In this document: positions 1 to 12,300 of the stretch, piece after piece
How the letters are laid out: the number at the start of each line of letters is the position of its first letter
Numbering within the stretch: the first letter of the stretch is position 1
NCBI RefSeq assembly: GCF_018977255.1
Contig: NW_024704742.1
Coordinates: 103,232,001-103,296,000, forward strand
DNA: 64,000 nt
Source: Callorhinchus milii
Taxonomy: Eukaryota
Direction: 5' to 3'
Notes under the pieces: model-generated
Told to the model about the DNA's origin: nothing
Seen by the model: the letters and a program-made list of their open reading frames with translations, nothing else
The model's database searches: none
Program-made: the position numbers and the translations under genes

Positions 1-145
1 CAATAACAACTTGCATTTATATAGTATCCTTCACACGGGGTAGGGTCCCAGAGCACTTGACAGTGGCGAAGTCTGACCCCGAGCCAGGGAAGGGGGAGGT
101 GACCATAAGCCCGATCAAAAAAGAAGGTCTTTAGGGGGGATTTTC
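1..145 (-). mobile_element. L2 LINE 3' tail fragment
   Basis: (caa)-type tail plus degenerate L2 3' end, similar to other L2 copies in the window. Confidence 0.5.
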
Positions 146-384
146 ACCCCACCGAGACAGTAGAACAGTGATGGTCAATCTTTAGGTTCAGCCAACAAAA
201 TGATTTTTCTTGGTTGAATATCATTTGATTTATGCCACAAATCAAGAAATATTCAATCATGAAGAAATGGAAACACCGTACCAATTGAACATGAACTTAT
301 GGCAACTCGTGCGAATGTTCAGGTGGGCACTCTTGACAGCTCTGCGGGCCACAGTTTGGCTACCACTTCATTAGAACAAGACAA

Positions 385-950
385 CATAGATTTAAGGTTG
401 CAAAGGGCAATTTCAGGACAGATACCTGGCAGTGTTTCTTTACCCAAAGGATAATAATAATAATAATAATAATAATCCTTGCATTTGATATAGCGCTTTT
501 CACGTCGGGAGGACGTCCCAAAGCGCTTCACAGAACACACTGCAAAGTGAATTGACTGTTTATTTGTGGGCGAACGCGGCAGCCAATTGCGCACAGCAAT
601 GTCCCACAAACAGTCGTAGATTAAAAATGACCAATTTTATTATTGTTTTTGGTTTTGGAGGGATTATTATTAGGCGTGTGGAGTAAGGAAACTTGCCCAA
701 GGTTTCGCCCTGCCTGGAATTGAACTCAAGTCTCTCGCTTGCAAAGCGAGTGCTCTAACCACTGAGCTACAGGACTCCACAATAAATATATTGACTGTTT
801 GTAGGATAAATAACGACTGGAACACATTACCAGAAAGTATGGCTGAGACCAGGATACTGGATTCATTTAAGAAAAACAGCTTAATGCTGTGATGGGCGGA
901 TGGTAGGGTAGGTATTCTGGAAGAATTAGATCAAATGAACAGAAGGGCCT
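385..950 (+). mobile_element. Decayed CR1 3' fragment interrupted by a SINE
   Basis: CR1-like 3' coding end (ttctttacccaaagg...ctggaacacattacc). 3' UTR similar to 2750-2905. Confidence 0.55.
451..780 (-). mobile_element. tRNA-Ala-derived SINE, short subfamily, full length
   Basis: A box (TAGCTCAGTGG), TGC anticodon hairpin, B-box-like GAGTTCAATTCC, L2-like tail, (TTA)n. Confidence 0.9.
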
Positions 951-1114
951 CGTGAAAGCTTCTACAGTTAGCAGTGCTCTGGCAATGACTTGCACTGTGT
1001 TTTATTCTTGATGTCACTCATTGGCAATGCCTCATTATTCTTTATTGCAAGCTCTGCTTCAGCCTCAATTTCACTGATTCAACAAAAATCCAATTAACAT
1101 GTTTACATTCCTAG

Positions 1115-1300
1115 TGTCTACTGAGTTAGCTCATCTCCAGGACAGCATTACCACTGGCTTCAGTGCCCCGAGACTAGGAAGGCCAGGTTTTCTTTCTGGT
1201 GACTGCTTTCCAGTGTTCTCAATTGATGTCCACGTATACAAACGTGTGTTTGTTTGTATGTGTGTGTGTGTGGATGTCATTTGAGGATAGAGATGGGCTC
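1115..1300 (+). mobile_element. Ancient SINE-like dispersed repeat fragment (unnamed here)
   Basis: Degenerate similarity to 11370-11530, 36720-36890 (-), 57860-58080 (-) and 59150-59270. Confidence 0.4.
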
Positions 1301-2413
1301 CGAGTCCCAAATAGGGAATCCTACCCGTATCTAGAAGTGGTCAGGTGACCGTGATCTATATCAGGCAAAGCTCGCAAGAGCCAATATGATGCATTTCCAG
1401 ATATCAGCGTGTGCTCTATTTGGACCTTGGAGTCAATATTCAGAAATGTCACTAATTTGACCCCAACTATATGAAAATAAATCTACCTTCAATGTGAAGT
1501 AGTTACCCCCCAAAATATAATTCATATTAATCATTACTATGTACTGCTGGGGGAGGGGAGGGATGGTTAACAAAGAGTAGTTCAGGTCAGTCAATCTGTG
1601 CATGAGTGTGTTACTCTGTGCATTATTACAGCCCCCAGTCACAAGCAGCTGTCTTTTCTTGGGTGATGGTGAAAGAGCCTTTCTGTGTGGAGTTATTATA
1701 TTTGCCTGACTCCTGTCCCCTTGTGGAGTATGCAATGCAGCTGTGCTGCTTTGTGAGCAGAGTGACTTGTCATCAGAGCTCTGCTTCTGCCGATTTCCTA
1801 AGAAGCATCCAGTCATTTTGTCAAGGACACAGGGGCACACCCACTGCAATGCAGTCAGTATACCATGTTTTGTGAGCTACCTGCTGAGCACCATATGAGA
1901 TAGAGTCGAGGTGTTGCTAGCTTTTTGAGAGAATGTGAAGATAGTGCTGACATTCCTCTTCCTTTATTTACAATGAGAGAATATTTTGAGGATGATAACA
2001 TCTAGGAATTGCTAATGTCTATAGATTTTTTGGGGGGTCCAGAGCGTACCCATATCCTCATACGTTACACACTTTTGATACTTCCTGATGAAATCATAAG
2101 TTAAAATTGCAGCATTTTTCATAATGCATTCCTTTTGCTAATTAACACAAGGAGCTATTTGTATCTGTTTCCAGTTATTTAGACAAAAATGTTTCATTCA
2201 ACTCGCCTGGATAACTGCAGAACCTTGTGTAGGACTGAACTATGCAGGTGTGAATCCTGTTAGTCAAGCTCAGTCTGGAGCAAGTTTCGGGGGTTTTCTG
2301 ATGCTCTGCAAAATCATCTTCCAAATTAAGGCAATAATTAAAGAATTTTAAAAAATTGATCAATGACCTTACATTTTAAGACTATGGTCTTAAGGCTAAG
2401 GCTATTGATGACT

Positions 2414-2750
2414 TGAGTCCTGTAGAATATTGGTTAGAGGACTCGCAAGCGAGAGAACCGGGGTTTGATTCCCGGGCAGGGCGAAATGTTTCCTTAATCC
2501 ACATGTCTTTATTTACCTAGTAGTATTAGGAACCCGGTTGTTAGTCGATTGGCAGATCGCTTTTCCGGGGGTAATAATCCCTTAAAAAATAACTAATAAC
2601 TGGTCACTCAATCCATGACTGTTTCTGGGACACTGCTGTGTGTAATTGGCTGCTGAGTTTTTCTCACAAAATATACAGTCAATTCACTTTACAGTATATT
2701 CTGTGAAGTGCTTTGAGGCGTCTCGAAGACGTGATAAGGCACTATATTAA
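2414..2750 (+). mobile_element. tRNA-derived SINE, long subfamily
   Basis: Same head and tail as the short subfamily, plus an internal block ttacctag..aggaacccggttgttagtc..gcttttccggggg. Confidence 0.85.
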
Positions 2751-2905
2751 GGACTGCAAAGTTTGTCAGGCCAGGACACTGGATTCATTTGAAAAGCAAT
2801 TTGATGCTATGGTGGGGGATGGTAGGGTGGGTATTCTAGAAGGATGAGATTGAATGGGCCAAAGGGCCTTTTTCATCTAAGCCAATCTTGTGACCTTGTG
2901 ACCTG
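2750..2905 (+). mobile_element. CR1 3' end fragment
   Basis: CR1-type 3' UTR (tgggccaaagggcctttt) and tgtgacct-type tail repeat. Confidence 0.55.
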
Positions 2906-3647
2906 GAGAATTTTCAGGTCTGTGGCATTTTTACCTTCAATGTGGCTGCTTACAGCATTGATTTATAATGGGAGAACACAAAGTGGGAGAAAAGCTACTT
3001 GCACATCGATGCACGTAGCTTTGCTTATCTTGTTGCCTCCTTATCCAGTTTTACTTGACATTGATGTAAGGAGGTCCCAGAGTGAAGAGAAATCCCATTA
3101 TAACTGTTAGAAAGGTGGCCTGGGCGTAGGTAGGGGACAGGTAGCCTTGGGACAGCTATGCTAACTGAGCATTGCAAATTGTGGATCCCACCAATGTCTG
3201 TGGTGGTGAGAGCTCAGCGATAGAAGGATTAAAAATAAATCCATTAAAAAACTAGTTTATTCTGAATTATCTCAATTTGCAATGTTTACAGAGACTGGGA
3301 GGTGGGAGAATATATAAGTGCATGTCAGGTGAGGGCAGGCCTTTCTTTTGTTTATATAAATACAGATTTCACTTAATACTCTTCATAACTAAGCAAGAAT
3401 GAAGATATCAGTCTGGCCTCGACTTGAACCCAATCTCTAGTAGTAAAACAACATCTGAGATTCAGTACCTCAGAACCTCTGATCATTTCACAATTCCAAA
3501 AAAAAACCTTTACCTGCTTGTCTGCATGAAAAAACCCAGATATTTTCTGAATCTCAAAGTGAGAAATAATGTGGAATGAGTTAAATTCATTCTTTGATAT
3601 CTTGTGGGAGGAAAGCAACAGAATAATCCATTTAAACAAGTAGCTAC

Positions 3648-4590
3648 ACCAACAAAATTACATTTGTATAGCGCCTTTCACATTGGGAGGACGTCCCATG
3701 GCCCTGGACAGTCAAGGTCGAAGAGGGGGGTCTTGAGATGGGTCTTGAAGGAGGCAAGGGAGGGAACGAGGTAGAGGAACTGTGGGATGGAGTTGCAGAG
3801 GGTGGGGGCAGAGTGGGTGAGGCGGGTGAGGCGGGGGATGTGAAGCAGGCCGGAGCCTGAGTGGAGGGAATGGGTAGGATGATAGGGGGTTAGGAGCTCG
3901 CAGAGGCCAGGGGAGCAAGGCTGTGGAGGGCTTTGAAGATGAGGACCAGGATCTTTAACTGTATCCTCTGTGTGGTGGGAAGCCAGTGGAGTCGGGCGAG
4001 GATGGGGGTGATAGGGTCACGGAGCCTAGTGCAGGAGAGGTAACAGGCTGCAGAGTTCTGGATGATTTGCAGTCTATGGATAGAAGAGTTGGGGAGGCCG
4101 ACAAGCAAGGAGTTTGCTTAGTCAAGCCTCAAGGTTATGAATGCGTGTATGAGGCTTTTGGTGGCCTACAGTGTGAGACAGTGGCGGAGCTGGGTGATGT
4201 TGCAGAGGTGGGGAAGGCAGAGCAGGTCATGGTACGGGTGTGGGGTAGAAAGGATAGTTGAGGGTCATGGTGCGGGGGTTGGAGGAGAAACCTTTTGTGA
4301 AGATGAAGTAGAGGCGGTGTGAGAGGTAGGATCTGAACCATTCAAGGACAGACCCATGAAGGTTGAGATGAGAGGCGAGGTGGTGGATGACGATAGAGTG
4401 GTCAATGGTGTCGAAGGCAGCAGAAAGGTCAAGGAGGACGAGGAGGCAGAGGGAGCCCTGGTCGCAGATGGTCAGAATGTCATTTGTCACTTTGACCAGT
4501 TTCTGTGCTGTGGGCGGCACAGGAACCTGATTGGAGGGGTTTGTGAAGGGAGTGGCGAGAGAGGAAGGAACGAATCTGGGAAGGAACATA
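3648..4590 (-). mobile_element. L2 LINE, 3' part of RT ORF with internal deletions
   Basis: Translations LVKVTNDIL..LLVLLDLSAAFDTIDH and LQIIQNSAA..PITPILARLHWLP; L2 3' stem-loop and (TTG)n tail at 3648-3710. Confidence 0.9.
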
Positions 4591-5191
4591 CGTGTTGAGG
4601 ATCAGATCTGAACACTTCCGACCTAGCTGTCCAACTAAAGTGGTGATTGTGGCGCTCTGACTAGCCCCTGTGTGAGGGACTTCAGTCTATAAAAAAGGAA
4701 TAGATTCTGAGATTTTTGAAACTTTGATTTGAGGTTCTTCAAGATTTGTCCTGTGAAGCTGAAAAGAGAATGCGGTCAATAATTTGCAGTCAATGTGATA
4801 TTTGTCGCATTTGATAAACCACAGGTGAATTTCCCTCTTCCATTTCCCTTTGCATTCCCAAATATGAAGCCAGAGAGGCTGGGGCCAGGCTTGTGGGATA
4901 CCAGCTGTTTATTGATGAGTTTTGGCAGCCTGTGTGACTCCCTGGGCAGCCCAGCTGAGGCCATTCCTGTCCTGTGGTGAACTTGCTGAGCAAACACTCC
5001 AATGGTGCTGATTTAAACAATGTATGAAGTGGACTCTTCATTCCCATGGAAACCGTCCTGCTAATGTACAGCTCGCTAAGCACATTGGGGGTCTGTTATG
5101 TGCAAACTGCATTATTGTGCAATGTGTAAACTTTGTGCAAATCCATGTGCACAGAAAGATTTTCAACCGCTTTAATTCTGTAAGGAGCGAT

Positions 5192-5263
5192 CAACAACAA
5201 CAACAACAACAAGATTCCATTTATAAAGCGCCTTTCACGTCAGGAGGACGTCCCAAGGCGCTG
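5192..5263 (-). mobile_element. Ultra-short L2 insertion (stem-loop plus (TTG)n tail only)
   Basis: (caa)n gattccatttataaagcgcctttcacgtcaggaggacgtcccaaggcgctg. Confidence 0.8.
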
Positions 5264-5851
5264 ATCGGTAATTGTTGATGCATTTCTTTGGATGAACTTA
5301 TCAAAAATTCCCTACCTCACCTGTAATAAACATATTTGTAGTAAAGAAAGTCTTCAAGATAGATAGTTCCAGTGGGACAGATACAGCAAACATTTAGACG
5401 TGGACTGTAGCCGGGAGAAAAGATGAGCTGTTTGCTTTGAGGTCCGTTGTTCTGACCATTGTTCCCTTTCATCCTTCCAGCACATGAAGTGCACACATGT
5501 ATTATTGCTTAGAATCAACAATATGGTTGAACAGAAACTTGCACTTAAGTAAATACCTCCACAGCCACTTAGTAAGTCACACAAGAACTCATCTGTAGCA
5601 ACTGCACTGAGCACTGAAAGCACCAGCAGAATTTGAAAGTGAGCCTCGGTTGTTCTGTGTGCTTTATCTGTGTATCATTTTTAACTTTTGTGTGTTCAGA
5701 TGAGAAACCAATAAGTTCTGTGATAAAACATTGATGTCAATTTCAGTGTTGAATGGAAACATTGTTTAATAATATTATTTTCTGAGACACCAGTACACTT
5801 TCCTTTTTCTTGTTATCCTCCTTCACTAAAGTAAACCCTTGCTTTTCACAG

Positions 5852-6185
5852 GTATGACCAAGACAGTGGCCACGACAGCGGGAGTGAAGACACTTCTAGT
5901 GACCTGTCGCAACCCTTCACCTTTGTTACCCTGGGGATGAAGAAGCTCTTTATCCCAAAAGGACCTTCCAGCTCATCGACAGAACATTTTGCCCGCACTG
6001 TCCCTCTGCCCGATCGTATCGGTGTCTGTCTGGACTATGACAAAGGGAAAGTGAGTTTCTACAATGGAGACAACATGAAATGTCTGTATGAGAGGCAGGT
6101 CGAATGTTCGGGTATCATGTATCCTGCCTTTGGGCTAATGGGAGCAGGGCTTATACACCTGGATGAATTCATCACAGCGAAATAG
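5852..6185 (+). CDS. TRIM36: Terminal coding exon of E3 ubiquitin ligase TRIM36 (C-terminal part of B30.2/SPRY domain)
   Basis: Polypyrimidine tract and cag acceptor end at 5851. The frame from 5853 reads YDQDSGHDSGSEDTSSDLSQPFTFVTLGMKKLFIPK...PLPDRIGVCLDYDKGKVSFY...MKCLYERQVECSGIMYPAFGLMG...ITAK*. This matches the TRIM36 C-terminus as I recall it (DSGHDSGSED, QPFT, KFFIPK, MKCLYERQVDC) better than paralog TRIM46. No upstream exon was seen in 1-5851. Confidence 0.92.
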
Positions 6186-6689
6186 TTAACCTATGAAGTT
6201 TAGCTTGTTTATAATTTGTAATTGTTTGCAGGACTCTACCATATATTGTAATGAAAAAACAACAAAAAGAGCTATTTGCTTCCTCCCTCTCTCTCTCTCT
6301 CTTTAGCACTTTATGGCATGCGTCGCTTGAAGAGCTTTCTATATGGGGCTCAATGTAAGGAACCTCTGTGCAATACAGACACGAACAATGGAAAATGGTA
6401 CTCAGTGCTTACTATTCTCAGAAATCTCCATTTTCACCCTCTTTCATTCCTGGTCTGCTCTGCTCTGGGTTTTGCTGAAGATGATGGAACTCCTTACACT
6501 TTTTTCCCTTCTTTTTTCCTCACTCTTCTTTCTTCTTCACTCTTCCCTTCATAAATTCTACAGGCTTTCAAAACCCAAACCTGCGGGTCACCTAGCTATT
6601 ACTTCTTGAGGTATCTCATTTCTCCTCTACTCTATTCAAACTTGGTGCTACTGTATCTCGGCCACGGCCCTTCAACCCAGGTTCTCAAC

Positions 6690-6893
6690 AATAAAATAGA
6701 ATATAAATACAATTGTTCTTAAAGTGCAGTGGAAATAGATTTGTTTCAAGTGAAAAATAAAAAAAGTACTCTCAAAACTTTTTAATTATTTTACGTTAAA
6801 AAGTGTAATAATGTCTGGTTGCCTTTCTGGTTTATTTAAGGTTGTGTTTTTCTTTCATAATAACATAATATACTGCCTTTCAGGTACAATAAA
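6690..6893 (+). terminator. Candidate TRIM36 polyadenylation signals
   Basis: AATAAA at 6690-6695, 6756-6761 and 6888-6893. A GT/T-rich tract at ~6812-6855 follows the second signal. Confidence 0.55.
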
Positions 6894-8034
6894 AGTCTGA
6901 AGTGCGTTACAAAATATACCTGTAATTGGTGAGAAATTAAAGTGATTTTTTTTATATATAGGCAAGTTCAGAAATAATCCTAACTTTTACCTTAAAAAGC
7001 CCCTTTAACCCTGATACTAACGTTAAATCAAATGCGAGAAACTCAGCTCCTTTCTTTCATGGGTGCACTGATGCTACTGTAGGAATACAGTGAACCCAAG
7101 CATGAGCAATGGAGCAGTACTGTACTTTCACACAGTGATTGCTGACTAGGACTGATATACAGACACCTCTGAAAGTCTCTGGTATCTGCCACCTGTAGGG
7201 GGGACAACCAAGCCTGTGTTTGAATGACCTGCCTGATTCTGTACTAACAACAATAAAACTTTGCACTTATATAGCGCCTTTCACATGGGAGAACATCTCA
7301 AAGCAATTTACAGAAACAGAATGGGAGCCTGAGCCGGGGAATGAGCGAGGTGCTGGGTTTTATTTACTCAAATGATAGAAGTATTCTTCAAATTTCAGTA
7401 AGAGATTAAACCAGTGATCTGAGGTCTAATGGCATAGATGGAAGGGATGGACAAGTGTGTGAAGTCAGCCTTTGAAAAACAGAATATCATAGAGGTAAGA
7501 CAATCTGAGATGGAGATATCCATTTATGGGGTGAATGGATCTTAAAATATTCAATAATAGTTCCTAACGCGTTACACTTTAACATTATATTTTAAACCAA
7601 CTTTCCTAATATTTCATTACAGACCCTTTTACCAACTAACAGAATAATCAGGTTGTGCACTTTTATTTTCACCCTTTTACTTCAGACTTTTGGTCTAATG
7701 AAGTAAAGACACTTTGTGATTAAGTAGTAGAAATCACAGGATATTTTCCAGAAAAAGGCGAGTGAATTAGTGTGGAATTCATAGTTGACTTTGAGTCACA
7801 TCAGCTCTCTGCATAGAGCTTAAAGAGCAGGAGGTGCTGTACCTTGTACCTCCTTCCAGTTCAATTGTACCCCTCATTTCACATTTCTTGACCGCTCTTC
7901 TCAATGTTTATGGAACGAAGATGGTGCAAATTGGCTGCTGTTTTTGCCTATATAACACCAGTCACTTTCACTCCTGATATATTATGTTTTGTAAAGAGCT
8001 GCAAGCCATTATTTTATGAAAAAGGCATCTCATA

Positions 8035-8560
8035 ATTCATGGACCTCCGCGAGCCTTTATCCATGCTTTTATCACATCCAGGATTGATGATACCAACTCT
8101 GCTCACTGGACTTCCCAAATCTTCCTTCCACAAACTGCAGACCATTCAGAATGCTGCAGCTTGTGTCCTCTCCCACATCACCTGGCTTCACTGACTCCCC
8201 ATCCCTCAGAGGATTGAGTTCAAGATCCTTGTCCTCACCTTCAAATCCCTCCATTGTTTTGTTCCGCTCTACCTCTGTGAACTTCTAAAACTCTATCAAA
8301 CCGCCTGCTCCCTCTACTCGACAGGCACTGGCTTGCTTCAAGTCCTCCGCTTTCCCCACCTAACCATTGGGAATCAGGCCTCCAATCTTTCTGCCTCCAC
8401 AGTCTGGGACTCCCTCTCCCTCACCTCTTTCAAGGATTGTCTCAAAACCTTTGTCTTTGGCTGCGTCTTCGGTCAACATCTCCTCCAGCCAAATCTGTCC
8501 TAAACCTTGGGATGTTTTCCTGACCCGAAAGGCACTATATAAATATATAATATTGTTCTT
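8035..8560 (+). mobile_element. L2 LINE 3' fragment
   Basis: HAFITSR..LQTIQNAAA..IEFKILVLTFK-type sequence and L2 tail. Confidence 0.8.
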
Positions 8561-9042
8561 GTTAAGTTATTATTTTTGTTTTATTTTTATATACAACTAG
8601 CAGTTGGCTGGTTTCACCTACAAATGACACAGTCACTTCACTTTACAGTATATTCTGTGAAGCGCTTTGTTGGACCCTACTGGCGTGGAAGGCGCTTTAT
8701 AAGTAAGGTTTATTGGATTACTCAATTATTCAGTACCATCTCCTTCTCCAGCTCATACTGCAGGCAGAGGAGGGAGTGTCGGAAAGAGATGGCAGTGGTG
8801 GTGGGTGGGGGGGGTCCTACTAGTTTTCTATTGATACCTTTGGGACCAAGCTGGTAACGTAATGAGATTTGAAGGAACTCAGTGTAGAAGAGGATAGATT
8901 CTGCTCTTACTGGCAGAAAGCTGCTTGTCCAGCTAGGACCATCCTACCCGTTAGGGCTTTGGCTTGCAGGGCTTGGGAGCTGAATGAGATGATTGCCTAA
9001 AGTAGGATTGTGCAGAATTGTGGAAAATTCTTAAATTTCCTC

Positions 9043-9367
9043 TTAATAATAATAATAATAATCCTTGCATTTGATATAGCGCTTTTCACGTCGGGAGGAC
9101 ATCCCAAAGCGCTTCACAGAAGTCACTGTAAAGTGAATTGACTGTATATATTTTGTGGGTGAACGCGGCAGCCAATTGTGCACAGCAATGTCCCACAAAC
9201 AGTCGTAGATTGAAAATGACCAATTTATTATTGTTTTTGGTTTTGGAGGGATTATTATTAGGTGTGTGCAGTAAGGAAACTTGCCCAAGGTTTCGCCCTG
9301 CCTGGAATTGAACTCAGGTCTATCGCTTGCAAAGCGAATGCTCTAACCACTGAGCTACAGGTCTCCA
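9043..9367 (-). mobile_element. tRNA-Ala-derived SINE, short subfamily
   Basis: Near-identical to 451-780. Confidence 0.9.
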
Positions 9368-9543
9368 ATTTGGACTCTTAATTTGGAAGCCTTTTTTCTG
9401 CAGTTTTTAAAAATACATTATGGGTCTTAAACTGGGTGATATCGATGCTTAAATGTATGAGCACAAATCCTCCAGGTAGCTAGAGGTGCCCCAGGTCGAC
9501 CCGCTGGAGCTCTGCTCTGATGATAATCACGTTCCCAGCTTTC

Positions 9544-9715
9544 AACAACAACAAGATTGCATTTATAGAGCGCCTTTCACGTTGGGAGGATGTCCCAAGG
9601 CGCTGGACAGTTGGGTTGGGACCCGAGCAGGGTGAGGAGAGGGAAGGGAGGGAGCGAGGAGGGGGTAGAGTCGAGAGGGGAGCTGAAGGCACAGTTGAAG
9701 AGAAGAAGTTGGGTT
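9544..9715 (-). mobile_element. L2 3' end fragment
   Basis: (caa)n tail, stem-loop, purine-rich 3' UTR complement. Confidence 0.8.
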
Positions 9716-10654
9716 GTGAGCAGCAGGCGATTAACAGAGATTAGCATCTGACCTATTGTGTCATTAAAACAGCCTCATTCATCCCTTCAAGTTTCTGACT
9801 CTTATTAAATGAACTTGCAACTCTGGAGCTCCAGGAAACCTCGAGCAAATAGCCTGCGTTTGAGCACAGGCTGTGGGGCACATCACCCAATTCTGGTAGC
9901 AGGGTCAAAAACAATACTCACACATACAAGTGCCTGCCTTTAACATTTGCTCATCTCTGCTGTTAATCTTTTCATAACTACCTATATGTGAAAAGCAACA
10001 CTATTCTCAAGAATATACTATCAGTGTGATGAGTTGGGTACTTTAGAAAATCAAGAAAGATAAACTTAGTCAGCTCAATAGGTCTGGCATTGATATGCAA
10101 GTCTGGCAGCTATGTGGCCCAGTCTGAGCCTGAGAACATCAATCATGTACTTATATATTTCACTACTGGCTTGAAATAATACTCAAATAATGAATTGCGT
10201 GGTTCATTGAATAAATAGTGATCTTTTTCCTTACCACTGATCCCTGCCTCGCCCTTTCCTCCCAGATGACATAGCTTGACCTTTACTGTAATGCAGACTG
10301 ATTGGAGCTGATCTGGACCTCTGATGATATGAAGCTTCTCATGAAACTAATGCCAATATCTAATTGACATTAACAAGATCAGGCACTTTCCATTACATTA
10401 GTACTCTGTGATTGAAGAAGAAATGCTTTCAGCATTCTAAAACAAAGAAATCAGACATGGGAACCCAATCAACAGGAAAGGGGGAATTTAGGAATAAACC
10501 ACTAGAGCTGATCTGCTTCCAGAGTTCTGAATGATGACCTTGATAGGTTGTACACATTATCTATACAACTGAAACAACAAATCTTTACAAAGGGCTAATT
10601 TGCGAAGTTCGAGAAAGGGTTGGGAAGAGCTCATTTCAATTTTACTACAACTGA

Positions 10655-11015
10655 TAGCAATCTTTGCATTGATATAGCTCCTTATATCTTTGAGCTGTCT
10701 CAATGCGCTTTACAGAATATACTGAAAACTGAATTGACTCCATATTTTGTGGACGAAACGCGGCAGCCAATTGCGCACAGCACTGTCCCACAAACAGTCA
10801 TGGATTGAGTGACCAAATTATTATTATTGTTTTAATTGTTTTTTTGAAGGGATTATTATCCTCAGAAAAGCGGTCCACCAATTCACTGACAACCGTTCCT
10901 ACTTACTGCTAGGTATAAACAGAGGCATGTGGAGTAAGGAAACTTGCCTAATGTTTCTACTTGCCCGGTAATCAAAGCTGGGTCCTCTCGCTTGCAAGGC
11001 GAGTGCTCTAACTGG
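10655..11015 (-). mobile_element. tRNA-derived SINE, long subfamily
   Basis: Head, long internal block and tail are all recognisable. Confidence 0.85.
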
Positions 11016-11664
11016 ACGTGATGGCAGAGCACTGAAAGTGATATTAAAACACAATGGAAATGCTGGAGTTCATATATCTGGATTTGTGAACTGTAGAGTA
11101 AGCTTTTTTTTAGAAAATGCAGTCATCTAATAAAATGATGAAATAGACCTGTCGGACTGAGGAGTTCGCTTTCATCTTGCTTAAACTGAATCCTGATCTC
11201 TCGGGTTAAACTCTAGTTGAGTCTGTGATGTTGAAACAGTTAGGATTGTCTATTGATAATATTGCTTCTTCTCTCTAACCTATTGGATAAAGGCACCACT
11301 GCGGTCCAGTGCTAGGCCATTATAAGCAAGAAGGTTGCAGGTTCAAATGCTGTTACATGTTGCACTTAGTTGATCTCAGCTGAGATTAAGATTGGAATGA
11401 TCCATACTAGCCACACTCACTGTCAAGGCTCAAATATTAATAATGGCCACTTGAGTGAGGTCCTAGAGGACATCGAGGGGCTATGGATCAATACCCTGGG
11501 ACATTTTCGTGAGAACAGGGATTGTGGACTCAGTAGATTCAACAGGAAGTAAAGTATAGTAATGTGGATTGGACCCAAGTTGAATTAATGTAAAGACTTG
11601 TTTCATCCCAAACGTCTCATTACCTAAAGATATAATTTACATTGTAAATTCAAACTCATACAGT

Positions 11665-12000
11665 TTCTGAGGACGCACTGTATTGTTGGAGGGTCATCCC
11701 TTGGATTAGACATTAAATTGAGGCTCCGTCTACTTGTTCAGGTGGACATTAAAGATCCAATGGCACTATTCGAAAAGAGAAGGGAATTTCCCCTGGAGTT
11801 CTGGCCAAAACTCCCCCAAATAAAATTTGTCATTCACTCCACGACTGTTTGTGGGACAATGCTGTGCACAAATACGATGCCAGATCTCCCTGCAAAATAC
11901 ACAGTGACTGCACTTTAAAGTTTATCCTATGAGGCACTTTGGGACATGCTCCTGTCATGAAAGGTGCTATATCAAATGCAAGATTTATTTTGTTTATTAT
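11665..12000 (+). mobile_element. DeuSINE (SacSINE1-like) fragment
   Basis: Deu-domain-like gacattaaattgagg..gttcaggtggacattaaagatccaatggcactattcgaa..ctggccaaa followed by L2-like tail. Confidence 0.75.
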
Positions 12001-12240
12001 GACCGTGCTGAAAGAATTCCTTTCGTTTGTCACCATGGCGTGCACATTAAGCGTCACATCATTTTATGATTGTGATATTGATCTTGAACAAACCCTAAGT
12101 TCAGTGCAGTAAATGCTGTGGTCTATGTTTGATTTGCAGTGGATGAAAGACCTTGTGGAGAAATCTCCCCCAGGAGACATTCTAACCTGATAGGGTGTCA
12201 GTTGCAGTGGAGGTTTTCTATCACTGATTCAGGCCAGACA

Positions 12241-12300
12241 AAAAAGGTAACATACAAAAAACGTAACATACAAAAAGCGTAACATACAAAAAAGGTAACA
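12241..12300 (+). repeat. Short tandem repeat, ~16-bp unit (AAAAAA[G/C]GTAACATAC) x ~3.5
   Basis: Direct reading. Confidence 0.8.

Noticed and set aside
319..609. Recurrent ORFs ending [12 protein letters not shown] as a small-protein family
   Set aside because: These are translations of the SINE tail and its (TTA)n microsatellite.
12241..12300. CRISPR-like array
   Set aside because: Head-to-tail 16-bp tandem with no spacers; eukaryotic context, no cas genes.
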